Assembly: GCF_009834535.1 (NCBI RefSeq)
Contig: NC_045697.1
Coordinates: 16,246,001 to 16,310,000 of the forward strand
Length of the DNA stretch: 64,000 nt
Direction of reading: 5' to 3'
From: Camelus ferus
Taxonomy: Eukaryota
Position 1 is the first letter of the stretch, and every line of letters starts with the position of its first letter. Both the position numbers and the translations under genes were made by a program. A model generated the notes under the pieces. That model was not told the origin of the DNA and did no database searches. It saw only the letters and a list, made by a program, of their open reading frames with translations. Positions 62,379 through 64,000 of the stretch are shown here, piece after piece.

Positions 62379-64000
62379 CATATGAGTGCCTAATTCTATA
62401 TTGATTTCAAGCCTTAGAGCTGAGAACCTTGAGAAACTTTATCCCATTCCTTTTTTTCCCCTCTTTTCCTTTTATTGAGTGCTAATCTTCACGTATGTTG
62501 CATTAAAGAGTATTTGTTGAAAGTTCATCATGAAGGCATGTAACAAGAATATGATACAGTAAATATATGAGACTATAGCAGTAAGGGTGGGAAGGGAGAA
62601 CCAGTGGAGAAATAAATGGAAATGGAGATGGCAGAAGAAGAATGCGGCTTTGTCGATGTTGGAACAGAGGTGACATCCTTCACAGGATTGCCTTTTAACT
62701 TTTTTCTTCATTAAAGAGTATAATTCCTTAGTGCAAAGGTGAAAATAAGGAATTACGTCAAAATGCTTTCCAATGATAATATCTCAAAAACTGAAAAAAA
62801 TAAAAGTTTTAAAATGGAGGGAAGCCAAGGAGAATGTGAAGAAATAAAGCTGAAGCCACGCTTCCATGGAAACTGCAGGAAAAAGACCATTTCCGTAGAC
62901 TTTATCAGCATTTTTTTAAAATATGCACTGGTAATGCAATTAGGCTGATGGGTTAAATACTCACCTGTGTAACAGGGGCACGGACAGGGCATTATGTGCA
63001 GAAATTATACAACATATTTACCAAATGTAATGGGCTGAGTCTATCACCAGATTTGTAGAACATAATGAAATGTGTGCTTGACTAACAGGTATTTTACCTT
63101 AAAGTGCTTTTCTCAGTGTATTACAAACTTATTTTCTGACACAGGCTATTACTTATTTCTACAGCCTTTATTATAGGAGCAGTTAAAGAGTAACTTCTAC
63201 TCTTAAAAAGGTTGATTTGTTTTGTTCCGGGAAGGAGTCTGATGTGAAATGTTGAGACAAGCTTTAGTTAAGGGCAGCTGCCAGGTAACAATGGAAATCA
63301 TTCATTTCCTTTGCATGCTACCTGTCCTTTTATTTCCTCATCTTTCTTACACTGCAAGTAACTGGTTACAAAGTCAGTATTCTCACTTGCCTATTTGCAA
63401 TGCTCTTTATTTATTCTTTTTTAATCCCCTCAATTCAAGAGCTAGCCAGTGGTAGGCAAAACCATGCAAATCTATAAATGGGAGTGTGAAACAGAGCGCA
63501 GCATAATGCTTGTACCCATCTTTGCAGATTGGATAACATCCTGTGATGCACTGGAAAGTTGGGTTAAGCTATTTAATTGGTCGCTGTTAAACATTTACTT
63601 TGTAAGGACATTCATTTTCTATTCAGAGAAATTCTCACGTTTATAGATGAAGAGACTTCATTCGGCATGCTTTCATATATTTAAAAATATTTTAGTTATT
63701 GAAGTTTCTTGTACTTAATCCAGTCTTTTACTTATTCTTTCATTGGGGAAAAAAAAAGGGCAGGTCTAAATGCAAATTAACATTACTGTTTAAATATCAC
63801 AGACCATTTTCTCTGAGCCCAGTTACAATAACTAGTAATTATAAAAATTGCTTGCCTCTGGCTTCCGGCTAAGCCAGTGCTAAACTTGTCCTTTTATTAG
63901 ATCTGTCAGACTGAGTTAATTATCTTTATGATAATAGATGTGCCTTACCTCCAACAAAACAAATACACTTATAATTAGCTTTTTAGTTAGAATTTTAATT

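Overview
AT-rich, repeat-dense mammalian non-coding DNA, either intergenic or deep intronic. A camelid source (alpaca/llama/camel) is inferred from two tRNA-derived vic-1-type SINEs and a shared young L1 3' tail. I can support no intact host protein-coding gene, RNA gene or CRISPR array. The ORFs in the track that resemble known proteins are decayed LINE-1 ORF1/ORF2 pieces; the rest look like chance ORFs. Most of what I can identify is transposon history: (1) a TSD-bounded L1 with 5'UTR and ORF1 but no RT domain (7961-12613), carrying a younger L1 3' end at the homologous position; (2) a 5'-inverted (twin-primed) L1 with two nested insertions (36.6-38.8 kb); (3) a nested L1 cluster containing an ERVL dUTPase fragment (48.8-57.5 kb); (4) a solo ERV1 LTR, several MaLR LTRs, hAT/Tigger MITEs and MIR/L2/CR1 relics; (5) a probable ancient RTE-clade LINE broken up by later insertions. 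A few isolated splice-site and transcription-factor motif candidates are reported at low confidence. I found no convincing previously undescribed biological system. Repeat family names come from recall of consensus sequences, not a database search, and boundaries without TSDs are approximate.
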